The notes: a model not told the origin generated them from the letters alone. Positions 46,873 through 56,446 are shown, counted from the first letter of the stretch. The stretch: DNA of 64,000 nt from a virus (IMGVR_UViG_3300037249_001000:75540-139539), one strand, 5' to 3'. Made by a program: numbers and translations.

Positions 46873-47475
46873 TTATTCAAATTTTATTTTCAAATAAATT
46901 TCAGGTGTAGAATTAATTCTTGCATCACCAGCAATGAACTTATCAACTACTCTACTGTTACCTGAAATAACAGCATTTCCTGAAATATCTGAACAACCAA
47001 ATACCGCAGCACCATCCATAATACACGCATGACCATGAATCGAAGCATCGCCGAACACCATTGCATTATCGATGATTCCTGTTTCATCTGAAACATTTGC
47101 GTTTCCAAATACAGTTGCATCATTCATTACATATGCGAGACCATAGACATGTGCATTATCGAATACTCTACTATTATATGATATAACAGCTGTGCCTGAA
47201 ATGACAGCGTTACCGTAAACCATGCTATTATCACGAAGCTTTGCATGGTCGCCAACTTGAGCATTTTCCAGAACCATGCTGTTATCATAAACCCAGCTAA
47301 AACCCGTCTGGGAAAGATTACCCTCGTGTTCGATATACCCTCCGAGTTCGCCCTTTCTCACATCACCAAATTGTTTCAATGCTCTAATACGATAAAGAGT
47401 ATGAACTTCCTCATCATTACCACGGTTGATAATTACGTCGATTTTATCATTCATCATCAATGCATACTTTTTCAT
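46873..47475 (-). CDS. Hexapeptide-repeat protein, paralog 3
   Basis: LYRIRALKQFGDVRKGELGGYIEHEGNLSQ + V.gnA repeats. Confidence 0.8.
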   Translation of the reverse strand: MKKYALMMNDKIDVIINRGNDEEVHTLYRIRALKQFGDVRKGELGGYIEHEGNLSQTGFSWVYDNSMVLENAQVGDHAKLRDNSMVYGNAVISGTAVISYNSRVFDNAHVYGLAYVMNDATVFGNANVSDETGIIDNAMVFGDASIHGHACIMDGAAVFGCSDISGNAVISGNSRVVDKFIAGDARINSTPEIYLKIKFE

Positions 47476-47661
47476 AATTTATACGACCTTTCTTCATAAC
47501 TTCGTCTATCCCTAAATAGACTTACATATTAAATATCCATATGTATTTAAATAAAGTATTTAAATACGTTGAAATAATATATAAATATTTTTCATACCAT
47601 AATGTAGATTTTTTAATAAAAAACAATATACTAAGCGGGTCATTAAATAAAGAGGAAGAAT

Positions 47662-47883
47662 ATGACTAATAACTATTTTGTTGCAACTAAATATAATAAA
47701 TATGCCGGAAATATCAAGGATAAATTTTTAGATTTACAACACTCCTTCAATATATTACAATATGCAAAATAGAGTGCTGTAATAGCTAAAAATAATTATG
47801 AAAAGACATTTCATGTTTTTGATATTTTTGGTAATATTATTTATACAGCGGAACATAATAAAACGCATAAATTACTTAATTAA
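47662..47883 (+). pseudogene. 73-codon late gene with one in-frame TAG (47770..47772)
   Basis: Late promoter 47622..47633 and RBS; MTNNYF..QHSFNILQYAK*SAVIAKNNYEKTFHVFDIFGNIIYTA..; ends 3 nt before the next ORF. Confidence 0.55.
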
Positions 47884-47886
47884 GAG

Positions 47887-48168
47887 GTGTTAAAAATGTT
47901 AGGAACACTTAATGCTATGAGACGTGAACGAGCTGAAAGAATTCGTGATGTTTTATATATTCGTGAATTATCTGAAAACGATGTAGATGATCGTATTTCT
48001 CGTGCTGATCGTATACTTAATGGTAAAGCTGACCCTATTGGTTATAAAGGTATTCCTGAATTAGCTAATAGAATCTCCATTGACGATGGTTTTAAAGATG
48101 ATGAAATTAATAGAATTCTTACAGCAAATAGAGATATAACATTCGATGAAATGTTAGGTATTAAATAA
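47887..48168 (+). CDS. Hypothetical late protein
   Basis: 93-aa ORF (start possibly ATG 47896). Confidence 0.6.
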   Translation: MLKMLGTLNAMRRERAERIRDVLYIRELSENDVDDRISRADRILNGKADPIGYKGIPELANRISIDDGFKDDEINRILTANRDITFDEMLGIK

Positions 48169-48173
48169 GGAGA

Positions 48174-48602
48174 ATGGCTATGAATAAATTAGTTACAATT
48201 GAATCAGCTGGTCCGATTAAAATGATGGGTGATATTAACGGACCAATTAAAACGCCCTGTTCAGTTTCTACAAATGTAATTATTGACTTATTAAATTCGG
48301 GCAAAGTTGTATACGAGGTTAATCCCAAAAATCATGCAGAAAAAATTAGATTAACTCGTTTGAATTTACATTCAAATAATTTCCCAGCAAACAATACTAG
48401 TAAAGTTGATAGTAGAAAGCAAGCTATTAAAGCTCGTATTAGAAAACATGAAGAAAGAGTTCAAAAGGCTGTAGCTCAAAAAGAAGCTGCTAAAAAAGAA
48501 ACTTTAAAGCAGATTCAGACTACGCCAGACGTTAAAACTACAAACTCATCTTCGGGTTCTTTTATTTCAAATAAAAGTTCAAGAAAGAAAAAAAGAAGAT
48601 AA
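48174..48602 (+). CDS. Hypothetical protein with basic C-terminus
   Basis: 142-aa ORF ending SRKKKRR. Confidence 0.6.
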   Translation: MAMNKLVTIESAGPIKMMGDINGPIKTPCSVSTNVIIDLLNSGKVVYEVNPKNHAEKIRLTRLNLHSNNFPANNTSKVDSRKQAIKARIRKHEERVQKAVAQKEAAKKETLKQIQTTPDVKTTNSSSGSFISNKSSRKKKRR

Positions 48603-48681
48603 TTTTTTATAAAGAGAATACTTTATTTAGTATTCTCTTTATTTATTACTGAAACTATTAAATAAAGGTAGGTGTTTATAC

Positions 48682-49455
48682 ATGGATGAAATAATTAATG
48701 AATTAACTCAAATATCCGACGCATCAATGCTTTATATTAATAATAGATTTGATACAGTTTTATTTGAATATAATGATGCTTTATATACTAATCATTATGT
48801 AACAGAAAGTGAAAAAGAATCTTTAATAACAACGGTTAAAAAATTCTTTGTTAATTTAATTGAATCAATTAAAAATTACGGACGAGAATTATCTATTAAA
48901 ATTGATTACGCTATGAGAGAAAAAAAAGTAAAAGAAAACCTAGAAAAACTTAAAAAAGAAATAATAGAGAATAAAGAAAAAGGTAACCAATATGTTGAAA
49001 TGATTGATTATTGGAATTATAAGAATAAATATCTTGAATTAAATAAAAAACTTACCGTGTATGCAAAAAAGATGTCTAAAATGCATTATAATAAAACATG
49101 GGAAATTGAAGATGATTTAGAACGATTTAATATAATAATTAATGATTATTCTACTATAATGGAAGAAGCATCACAAAAGAAAATTACAGTTAAAATAGAT
49201 AAAGCATTGGAATTTGTTGAAGATGAATTAAGAGGTAAAGGTGAAGTATTATCAACATTAAATGAATCTATGAGACTATTTCAAGATATGAATAGAGAAG
49301 CTCAAATGTTAGAATCTAAATTAGATAGTTTAGGTGCAGATGTTATTCCTAAACAAACCAATCTTCTTATTCGTATAGCGAATGCTATAAGTGCATTCGT
49401 AAAAAAATTTGTAACTAAATTTGTTATGGGTGTTACATTTTTATTCGGAATTTAA
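48682..49455 (+). CDS. Putative internal head protein
   Basis: Leader with VTES site, then amphipathic SLITTVKKFFVNLIE helix as in 14792 and the 56464 family; next to the protease. Confidence 0.5.
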   Translation: MDEIINELTQISDASMLYINNRFDTVLFEYNDALYTNHYVTESEKESLITTVKKFFVNLIESIKNYGRELSIKIDYAMREKKVKENLEKLKKEIIENKEKGNQYVEMIDYWNYKNKYLELNKKLTVYAKKMSKMHYNKTWEIEDDLERFNIIINDYSTIMEEASQKKITVKIDKALEFVEDELRGKGEVLSTLNESMRLFQDMNREAQMLESKLDSLGADVIPKQTNLLIRIANAISAFVKKFVTKFVMGVTFLFGI

Positions 49456-49506
49456 ATTAATAAAAAACAATGATATAATTATATATACCGAAAGGAGAAA
49501 TATATT

Positions 49507-50388
49507 ATGCTAATTCGTCATAATAAAGATTGCTCCGATATGGGTTGCGTATTTATTTCAGAAAAAAGTAATATGGATTGTAGAGATATTACTGGAGTAG
49601 ATGTACATGATAAGCATGGTGTATTTTTTGTATCGTTTGATGCAAACTTACATTCATTTGATGTAATTAATAGAAACAAACGTCGTTATCTATTATCAAA
49701 TGTAAAAAGTGCTATTGAAGAATCGGAAAAGATTCAATCTTGGTTGGCAGATAATGCATGGTTTGGTGAGATGAATCACCCAACTCAATATTATAAAAGC
49801 CAAGAATTAACTCCTGAAAGATTACAAGACCCTGCATTGGAGAATAGGTCACATAAAATTTTAAGACCAACATTTAATGGTAATTTATTACAAGCACATA
49901 TTGAAACAGCATCAGGTACAGATGTCGGTGTTGGTTTCGCTAAAGAAATTATTCAAGGATTAAAACCTGCATTTAGTTGTCGTGCTGTTGCTACAATGCA
50001 AATGATTGATGGAAAACCGACTGTACTTATTCGTAGATTAATTACATACGATTGGGTTCTTTATCCGTCGCATAAAGAAGCACATATTATTAGTGAACCA
50101 AAACTTGTTGAAAAGTGTGTTAATGTATATAAAGAAAGTACAAATGATAATACAGATGAATATGTACCTGACTTTATGATTTCATTAAAAGATGTGCTTA
50201 AAAATGTTGGTGAAATAGATGCCAATGTATCTACTATTATGGAATCGTTTGATTTAACATATGATGATATAATTGGTGTTAATAAAAAGCATGATAAAGT
50301 TATTATTAAAGATGTGGATAATAGAATTTATGCTAATATAAGTCCTGAAACAAAACATAGAATAGATGATTTCTTTTCATCATTTTAA
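49507..50388 (+). CDS. Prohead core protease (T4 gp21-like)
   Basis: NRNKRRY, GEMNHP (catalytic His), SH.I, PAFSCRA (catalytic Ser), TYDWVLYPSH; late promoter 49466..49477. Confidence 0.85.
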   Translation: MLIRHNKDCSDMGCVFISEKSNMDCRDITGVDVHDKHGVFFVSFDANLHSFDVINRNKRRYLLSNVKSAIEESEKIQSWLADNAWFGEMNHPTQYYKSQELTPERLQDPALENRSHKILRPTFNGNLLQAHIETASGTDVGVGFAKEIIQGLKPAFSCRAVATMQMIDGKPTVLIRRLITYDWVLYPSHKEAHIISEPKLVEKCVNVYKESTNDNTDEYVPDFMISLKDVLKNVGEIDANVSTIMESFDLTYDDIIGVNKKHDKVIIKDVDNRIYANISPETKHRIDDFFSSF

Positions 50389-50447
50389 AAAAAAATAAAG
50401 AGAGAGTGAAACAAAATTCATTCTCTCTTTATTTTTTTAATCTTTTC

Positions 50448-50669
50448 TTATTTTTTATTTTTTAATCTATTAATCTCTTTTTTCCATTGGTTTGCAAACT
50501 CTCTTTCCGCTTCGTTTTTTGCTTTGGAAAATACTGAGTCAATCGTATTTTCCATTTCGATTATACTTTCGGTCACAATATCTTCATGTGATCTTGTTGT
50601 ATTTGCTTCCTTTTCGAGAATTTTATTTTTGAGGATTTCCTCGGGTCCTATAAATATCATTCTACCCAT
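50448..50669 (-). CDS. Small hypothetical early protein
   Basis: AAAGGTGAG RBS before ATG 50669; follows the leader RNA copy 2. Confidence 0.6.
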   Translation of the reverse strand: MGRMIFIGPEEILKNKILEKEANTTRSHEDIVTESIIEMENTIDSVFSKAKNEAEREFANQWKKEINRLKNKK

Positions 50670-50679
50670 AAGACTCACC

Positions 50680-50743
50680 TTTCTCCCATTTTAACGTCTT
50701 GGGTGACTGCAACTTTTATTAGACACAGGAGTGTTGCTCTCCG
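50680..50743 (-). ncRNA. Candidate structured cis-regulatory leader RNA (copy 2)
   Basis: Reverse complement CGGAGAGCAACACTCCT-GTGTCTAATAAAA-GTTGCAGTCACCCAAGACGTTAAAATGGGAGAAA; early motif just upstream. Confidence 0.6.
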
Positions 50744-50832
50744 TTTATTACTATAAAAATAATATATATATATATGAATTTAATTAAAATACGAAGAACT
50801 GTAAGATTTTATGTCTTACAGTTCTTCATTAA

Positions 50833-51099
50833 TTATCTATTGTTTTCTAAAAACATTTCTAAAGCCAACGCGAGTTGATCAGGACACGATGTATCTTTAT
50901 TTCCACACTTGATATTTTTACATCTATCAATAACATCTTGTACGTTCATTCCTTTTACAAGACTTCCAATACCAAGTTGATTACCAACACATCCGCCTAC
51001 AAATTTTACGGAATTTATAATAAAATCTTCATCAACTTTATCAATATCAAAGTCCATTAATCTACAACAAACTCCACCAGGTTCATATATAAATTTCAT
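50833..51099 (-). CDS. TSCPD-domain protein (TIGR03905-like)
   Basis: GVC..FVGGCVGN..IKCGNKDTSCPDQLA. Confidence 0.85.
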   Translation of the reverse strand: MKFIYEPGGVCCRLMDFDIDKVDEDFIINSVKFVGGCVGNQLGIGSLVKGMNVQDVIDRCKNIKCGNKDTSCPDQLALALEMFLENNR

Positions 51100-51135
51100 G
51101 TTTATCACCTTTCCACTAATTAAGGATGAAACGGT

Positions 51136-51456
51136 TTAATCCGTTTCATCCTTAAGAATTTTTATATTAATCTCATTTTTTGTTGATTCAATTGTAATGT
51201 TATCAGAATCATCTAAATTAGAGTTTAGCTTTTTACATATTTTATCGACATCAATATTAGAAAACACAACTACAATTTTAAGAACATTTAACTCTGTTTT
51301 TTCTTTATATTTTAATTTAATAATGTTGTCTGAAAAATCTTTTAAAAGCCAATACAAACGGATGAACTTTCTATACTTCATTGCAATGATTTCATATAAG
51401 ACATCCATATCATCTTCTGATAAAGCATACAAATAGTTAGTCATGCTCTTCTTCAT
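51136..51456 (-). CDS. Hypothetical protein
   Basis: 106-aa ORF with RBS. Confidence 0.55.
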   Translation of the reverse strand: MKKSMTNYLYALSEDDMDVLYEIIAMKYRKFIRLYWLLKDFSDNIIKLKYKEKTELNVLKIVVVFSNIDVDKICKKLNSNLDDSDNITIESTKNEINIKILKDETD

Positions 51457-51512
51457 GAAAAATATCCTTTCTTAGCTTTTATTAAAGTAAGAAGTCCTAC
51501 AGATATTATCAT

Positions 51513-51764
51513 TTATTTTTGCATAATGCGTTGACTAATATTGCGTCGTTCAGCCTCAGCGGTTTCTTTTTCCATTTTCTTAGTTTCTTCAATCAGACGA
51601 TTCTCGCGGGCTTCTTTGATCGCATATAGTTTTTTGAATTCCATACCAACGATGTCATCTATACTCAACTCACCTTTAAACAAGGCTAAAGTAGTTTCTA
51701 TAAACCTTGAATATTCGTCAAGTCGATTTCTGTACTGATCAACCGTTGATATGTCTGAAAAACC
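51513..51764 (-). CDS. Overlapping -1 frame ORF (T4 gp51-like or chaperone extension), candidate frameshift product
   Basis: ..FIETTLALFKGELSIDDIVGMEFKKLYAIKEARENRLIEE..IMQK*; frame opens just before G GTT TTT. Confidence 0.5.
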   Translation of the reverse strand, partial: GFSDISTVDQYRNRLDEYSRFIETTLALFKGELSIDDIVGMEFKKLYAIKEARENRLIEETKKMEKETAEAERRNISQRIMQK

Positions 51765-53497
51765 AGATCATCAATTGTAAGATCAAGATCCTTTGTGACA
51801 TTACCACAATGCGGACATTTAACATCGCCGAATGAGTAATTCACTTGATATTGTGTCTGAATCTTATTACTCATTGTAGCAATAATCTTAATTTCCTCAG
51901 GACTGATAGAATAAATAGCATCAACAATATCCTTATAACCCTCACACAAAATATATGAGTTAGGATTATCATTCTTAGGAATACGAACTGACAATACAGT
52001 TGTAAGAAGAAGCATATTATTCTTATATACATCGTTGATATCGTTACCGAATGCCTGCTTAAATGTCTCGTCATCAATTACAGGAATAAAGTTATAGAGG
52101 AACTCATATGCAGATGCAATACCAAGTTCTACAATGTAACCTGAATATGGGAGTTTAATAAACTTAGAATTTCTTACAGCAGCTTTCTTATAGATATCTT
52201 CATATTCATTAGGATCGGCAGATGCAAGCTGAGCCATCTTATTAAGAAGAACTTCATCAGACTTATCAAGTCTAAGAATACTTCTTGTTGCATAATCCCA
52301 ATCAAAAGTTTTATTACATGAGTTACGTCCACATCTCAAACTAATTGTCTGTACTTCAGGGAACGTAGCAACAAATAAACCATATACAGCAAGTGAAATA
52401 TCTGTATATGCAAAATTCTTAAGAAAATCTTCAAATGAATCAAACGGACCATTTGAAATATTCTTCATCTTATTGTAAATGATAGCAAGTCTCTTATAAT
52501 ACTTATCAACATTTACTGCATCCATTGAAAGTGAAATATCTGCAATCTCACCGTATGTAAGACCAGTCATATCTGCCTTAAATCCAGATGCAGGGAAAGA
52601 AATAGTTGTCTTTGAACCAGACAACTGATAAGTATTAATCTTACCTGTAAAGCTATCTCTTTCAGGTTTCTCAGTTGTAATAGAAGCAATATCAAGAACT
52701 TCAACTTGTGTCAAACGAATCTCATTTGCTTCTGCCATTTTCTTACGTTCATCTTCACTAAGAATAAAATCGGTACCAAGACCAGTTTTATCAATAATAA
52801 GATTAATTGTCTTACTCTTAGTATCTTCTTCTTCTTTATGTTCAATATCTTCAACTTTAGCAGTCAAAGGAACTGAATCAGGAATAGGTTCCTTACCATC
52901 AGCAATTCTTCTTGCATTCTCAGCATCACGATTCATAACAAGATAATCGTTTTCCTTGCTATACGGAGGATCATTCTCTGTTCTTAAACGAATAAACTTT
53001 GGAATAACATTATTTCCATTACTATCTTTTTCATAATCAAAATATGCTTTACCAGTTTCATCGAACCTAACAAGAGAAATTTCATGAACCATTTGAGAAT
53101 ATTCTGTTGAAGACTCAAACTGCTTTAATGGAATAATAGCAGCTCTCTGCTTCAAGAGCATTTCAGATTCATCCATGGTTGCTTTCATGCGTTCTCTTCT
53201 CTCGTCAGCCATAGGATTTTCAAAAACAGTACGTTCTTTTCCATCTTCCATCTCTTTTCTTGTTACAGTTGCACCAAGTTGTGCATTCTTCTTTTTATTC
53301 AACTCAGCAGCAAGAGGTGATAATTCTTTATTAGATTTAGGAGTATTATCAGACAATGCTGAATCAATAGGAGATGTTTCTACGGTCGGTTTTTGAGTTG
53401 TGGGAGTTGTAATGAACTCACTCAAATCCATTGCATCATCTTTAACAGCATTATCAAATATATTATTACTGTTTTTCTCATTAAATAAATCAGGCAT
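51698..53497 (-). CDS. Putative baseplate hub / tail assembly protein (T4 gp26-like C-terminal part)
   Basis: CGRNSC and CPHCG zinc pairs; low-complexity acidic N-terminus; follows the gp25-like gene. Confidence 0.5.
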   Translation of the reverse strand: MPDLFNEKNSNNIFDNAVKDDAMDLSEFITTPTTQKPTVETSPIDSALSDNTPKSNKELSPLAAELNKKKNAQLGATVTRKEMEDGKERTVFENPMADERRERMKATMDESEMLLKQRAAIIPLKQFESSTEYSQMVHEISLVRFDETGKAYFDYEKDSNGNNVIPKFIRLRTENDPPYSKENDYLVMNRDAENARRIADGKEPIPDSVPLTAKVEDIEHKEEEDTKSKTINLIIDKTGLGTDFILSEDERKKMAEANEIRLTQVEVLDIASITTEKPERDSFTGKINTYQLSGSKTTISFPASGFKADMTGLTYGEIADISLSMDAVNVDKYYKRLAIIYNKMKNISNGPFDSFEDFLKNFAYTDISLAVYGLFVATFPEVQTISLRCGRNSCNKTFDWDYATRSILRLDKSDEVLLNKMAQLASADPNEYEDIYKKAAVRNSKFIKLPYSGYIVELGIASAYEFLYNFIPVIDDETFKQAFGNDINDVYKNNMLLLTTVLSVRIPKNDNPNSYILCEGYKDIVDAIYSISPEEIKIIATMSNKIQTQYQVNYSFGDVKCPHCGNVTKDLDLTIDDLVFQTYQRLISTEIDLTNIQGL

Positions 53498-53523
53498 TTT
53501 TAATCCCCTTTCAAATTTATTAA

Positions 53524-53940
53524 TTAGATGTATTGTTGTTTATTAAAAACAAAATTAAATTGTAAAGCTCCATAACTATCCATAGTAACACCTAATACTA
53601 ATTCATTTCTCGCATTAGAAATAATCGTAGGTATTTTAAATACTATCATAGGTTGCTCTTTATATCTAGCTTTTATTACATCAAAATCACCATCAGTAAT
53701 TTGAGGAACAAAATCACTACATTGGGCGGCTAGAATAGCTTTGACCATAGTAGTATCAAAAGTATCATCGAATGAATATAAATACTGACTTATATTCATT
53801 CCTAATTGTGGTATACTTGGATAAAATCCTGGCTTACCAAATAATAGTGTTAATATATTATAAGCTACAGTTTCCGATTCTGATAATGATTTTGGTTTAT
53901 TATAATGATTAAGACCAAATACCGGATCAACAGCCATTAT
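53524..53940 (-). CDS. Baseplate wedge protein (gp25-like)
   Basis: ILTLLFGKPGFYPSIPQLGMNISQYLY matches the gp25 ll.T..Ge....P.fG..l..yl pattern. Confidence 0.65.
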   Translation of the reverse strand: MMAVDPVFGLNHYNKPKSLSESETVAYNILTLLFGKPGFYPSIPQLGMNISQYLYSFDDTFDTTMVKAILAAQCSDFVPQITDGDFDVIKARYKEQPMIVFKIPTIISNARNELVLGVTMDSYGALQFNFVFNKQQYI

Positions 53941-54055
53941 ATTATCCACCTTTCTATTAAATTAAACAAATGTCTTATATATAAAAATAAATTTCCTTAT
54001 ATTAATATATAAAAAACATTGTTTTAAAGCATTGTATTTATTGTGAGGTGATAAA

Positions 54056-56446
54056 ATGGGTACAAAAAGAATTACATGTAAATTTTGCGGTGAATACATG
54101 AAATCATACGATTTATATGTTTCTCATATAGAATCATCTCATTCAGAATCCATTCCTCAAGATATGACTGCATGGAGATTTGTTTATTATTTAAAAACTG
54201 GTAAAACTCATGGGTCATGTATTATATGTAAAAATGATACTGAATGGAATGAAAAAACTCATAAATACCATAGATTCTGTAATAATCCAAAATGTAAAGA
54301 AAAATATGTAGAAACATTTCAAAATAGAATGATTGGTAAATATGGTAAAGTAAATTTACTTAATGACCCAGAACAACAAAAAAAGATGTTAGCTAATAGA
54401 AAAATTAGTGGAGTATATACTTGGAGAGACCATGTACATGAAACTCCTTATACTGGTACGTATGAATTAAGTTTCTTAAAGTTTCTTGATGAAGTATTGG
54501 AGTTTAATCCTGAAGATGTGATTGGACCATCTCCTCATACATACTATTATATATATGAAGGTCAAAAACATTTTTATATTCCTGACTTTTTTATTCCATC
54601 GCTAAATTTAGAAATAGAAATAAAAGAGGGGACTAATAATCATCCAAAAATTCAAGCAGTTGATAAAGTTAAAGAAAGACTTAAAGATGAAGTAATGAAA
54701 TCTAATTCTAACAGTTTCAATTATATAAAGATAATTGAAAAGAATAATTTTAGATTTATTGAATTTTTAGATGAAGCTAAAAAGAGATTTCTAAATGGTG
54801 ATAAAAGACCTATTGTTATGTGTGAATCAGTTGAGGATAATTTATTTGATGAATTAATTACCGAAAATAAAATTATAAATGATAAAGATATTTATTATAA
54901 TAAAGATAAATTTGATTCTGGAGAAATTAATCTTTGTTTTATAACAGGTCATTCAGGTTCAGGTAAATCAACTATGGGTAGAGATATGGAATCCGATAAA
55001 ATAGAACATTATGATTTAGATGATGTAATTTATAACTGGAACTTTTCTGATTCTAATTTAAAAGAATATGGTGATTTAATATATTCTTTTTTTAGAGGTT
55101 TTGGAAAAAAATATAGATACATATCTCGTAAAGATTGGGATAATGACCCAACATGGGATAATAAAAACGAGTATAAAGATGCATATGAAATTTCCATAAT
55201 TAAAGATTTTATTAAATATACAAAATATTACGTTAACTCTCATAAAAATATTAAGTTTGTTATAGAAGGTGTATGGATTTTTCATTTTATTGAACCAAAA
55301 GAAATTGATAATTATGCAGTATATATTAAAGGAACATCCCAAACAATTAGTTCTATTCGTGCTGCAAAAAGAGATTCTGAAGGTGATAATAAATTTAAAA
55401 AGTCTATAGATTTTATAAAACAAATAGCATCACCAGGACGTACAAAAAAGTATATTCATGATGAACAAAAAGTAGTAAAATTTAGAAATTATTTTAAAGA
55501 TAAAATTAAAAAACAAAAAATAATAACTGAAACAGTTGAAGATAATTTATTTGATGAATTAATTACTGAAAATAATAAATTTCATCTTTATCATATATCT
55601 AATAGACAAAATATCAAAACTATTAATCCATCAATTCCAAATAATTTTATGACAAAAAACAATTATGAGGAAAATAAAACAAAAAGAGTTTGTTTTGCTC
55701 CATCGATTGATCAATGTTTAATGGGACTTTCAAGAAATTGTGAAGGGGAAGAATTTTATGTTTATATCCCAGTCAAACATTATAAAACATATTCTCCAAA
55801 TATTAAAGATGTGCCTGATTCAGGTATAACTGGAGAGATATGGATTAAAGAACCTGTTGATGTAATTTGTCTTGGTAAAATAAAAGTATTAGATACCAAC
55901 AAATCTCCAGGCAAATTATATACATATGGTAATGGGCAAACAGCAGAATTATATGCTTTTGATTATAAATGGATTGAAAAATATAAACAAAAAGAATCAC
56001 CGGAACGCACAAAAAATTATATCCGTGATGAACAAAAAGTAGTAACTGAATCAGTTGATGATGTAACAAATAAACCAATTATTAAAACTAAAAATACATA
56101 TATGATTAAAAATGATAAAGGAACTATTATATCCAAATTAAATTATTATGAATATAAAGTTAAAAATTTTGATTGGATTTTGATGGCTGATCTTGATACT
56201 AAGCCAGATTATAGAGGTAGAGGATTAGCTACTAAACTTATAAATGAATTATATAGTGACATAACAAAAAATACAAATAAGGGTTTATATTTATTTGTAA
56301 AATCGGATAATCGGACTGCTATTAGATTATATACTAAATTAAATTTTAAAAAGGTAAAAAATTATACATTAAAAGATGGTGAGTATATTATAATGGCAAA
56401 AGGTAATGCCGATATGTCTCAATTTGATAAAATGAATTTTTCTTAG
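54056..56446 (+). CDS. Multidomain protein: Zn fingers + TnsA/gp4-like PD-(D/E)xK nuclease + P-loop kinase + ART-like domain + GNAT
   Basis: CKFC..H..H; YIPDFFIPSLNLEIEIK; GHSGSGKST; LYHIS..RVCFAPSI..TGEIW; YRGRGLATKL..NRTAIRLYTKLNF; late promoter 54015..54026. Confidence 0.8.
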   Translation: MGTKRITCKFCGEYMKSYDLYVSHIESSHSESIPQDMTAWRFVYYLKTGKTHGSCIICKNDTEWNEKTHKYHRFCNNPKCKEKYVETFQNRMIGKYGKVNLLNDPEQQKKMLANRKISGVYTWRDHVHETPYTGTYELSFLKFLDEVLEFNPEDVIGPSPHTYYYIYEGQKHFYIPDFFIPSLNLEIEIKEGTNNHPKIQAVDKVKERLKDEVMKSNSNSFNYIKIIEKNNFRFIEFLDEAKKRFLNGDKRPIVMCESVEDNLFDELITENKIINDKDIYYNKDKFDSGEINLCFITGHSGSGKSTMGRDMESDKIEHYDLDDVIYNWNFSDSNLKEYGDLIYSFFRGFGKKYRYISRKDWDNDPTWDNKNEYKDAYEISIIKDFIKYTKYYVNSHKNIKFVIEGVWIFHFIEPKEIDNYAVYIKGTSQTISSIRAAKRDSEGDNKFKKSIDFIKQIASPGRTKKYIHDEQKVVKFRNYFKDKIKKQKIITETVEDNLFDELITENNKFHLYHISNRQNIKTINPSIPNNFMTKNNYEENKTKRVCFAPSIDQCLMGLSRNCEGEEFYVYIPVKHYKTYSPNIKDVPDSGITGEIWIKEPVDVICLGKIKVLDTNKSPGKLYTYGNGQTAELYAFDYKWIEKYKQKESPERTKNYIRDEQKVVTESVDDVTNKPIIKTKNTYMIKNDKGTIISKLNYYEYKVKNFDWILMADLDTKPDYRGRGLATKLINELYSDITKNTNKGLYLFVKSDNRTAIRLYTKLNFKKVKNYTLKDGEYIIMAKGNADMSQFDKMNFS
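54824..56045 (+). repeat. Two pairs of intragenic direct repeats at domain junctions
   Basis: E(S/T)VEDNLFDELITEN at about 54824 and 55529; SPxRTKxYIxDEQKVV at about 55430 and 55997. Confidence 0.85.
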
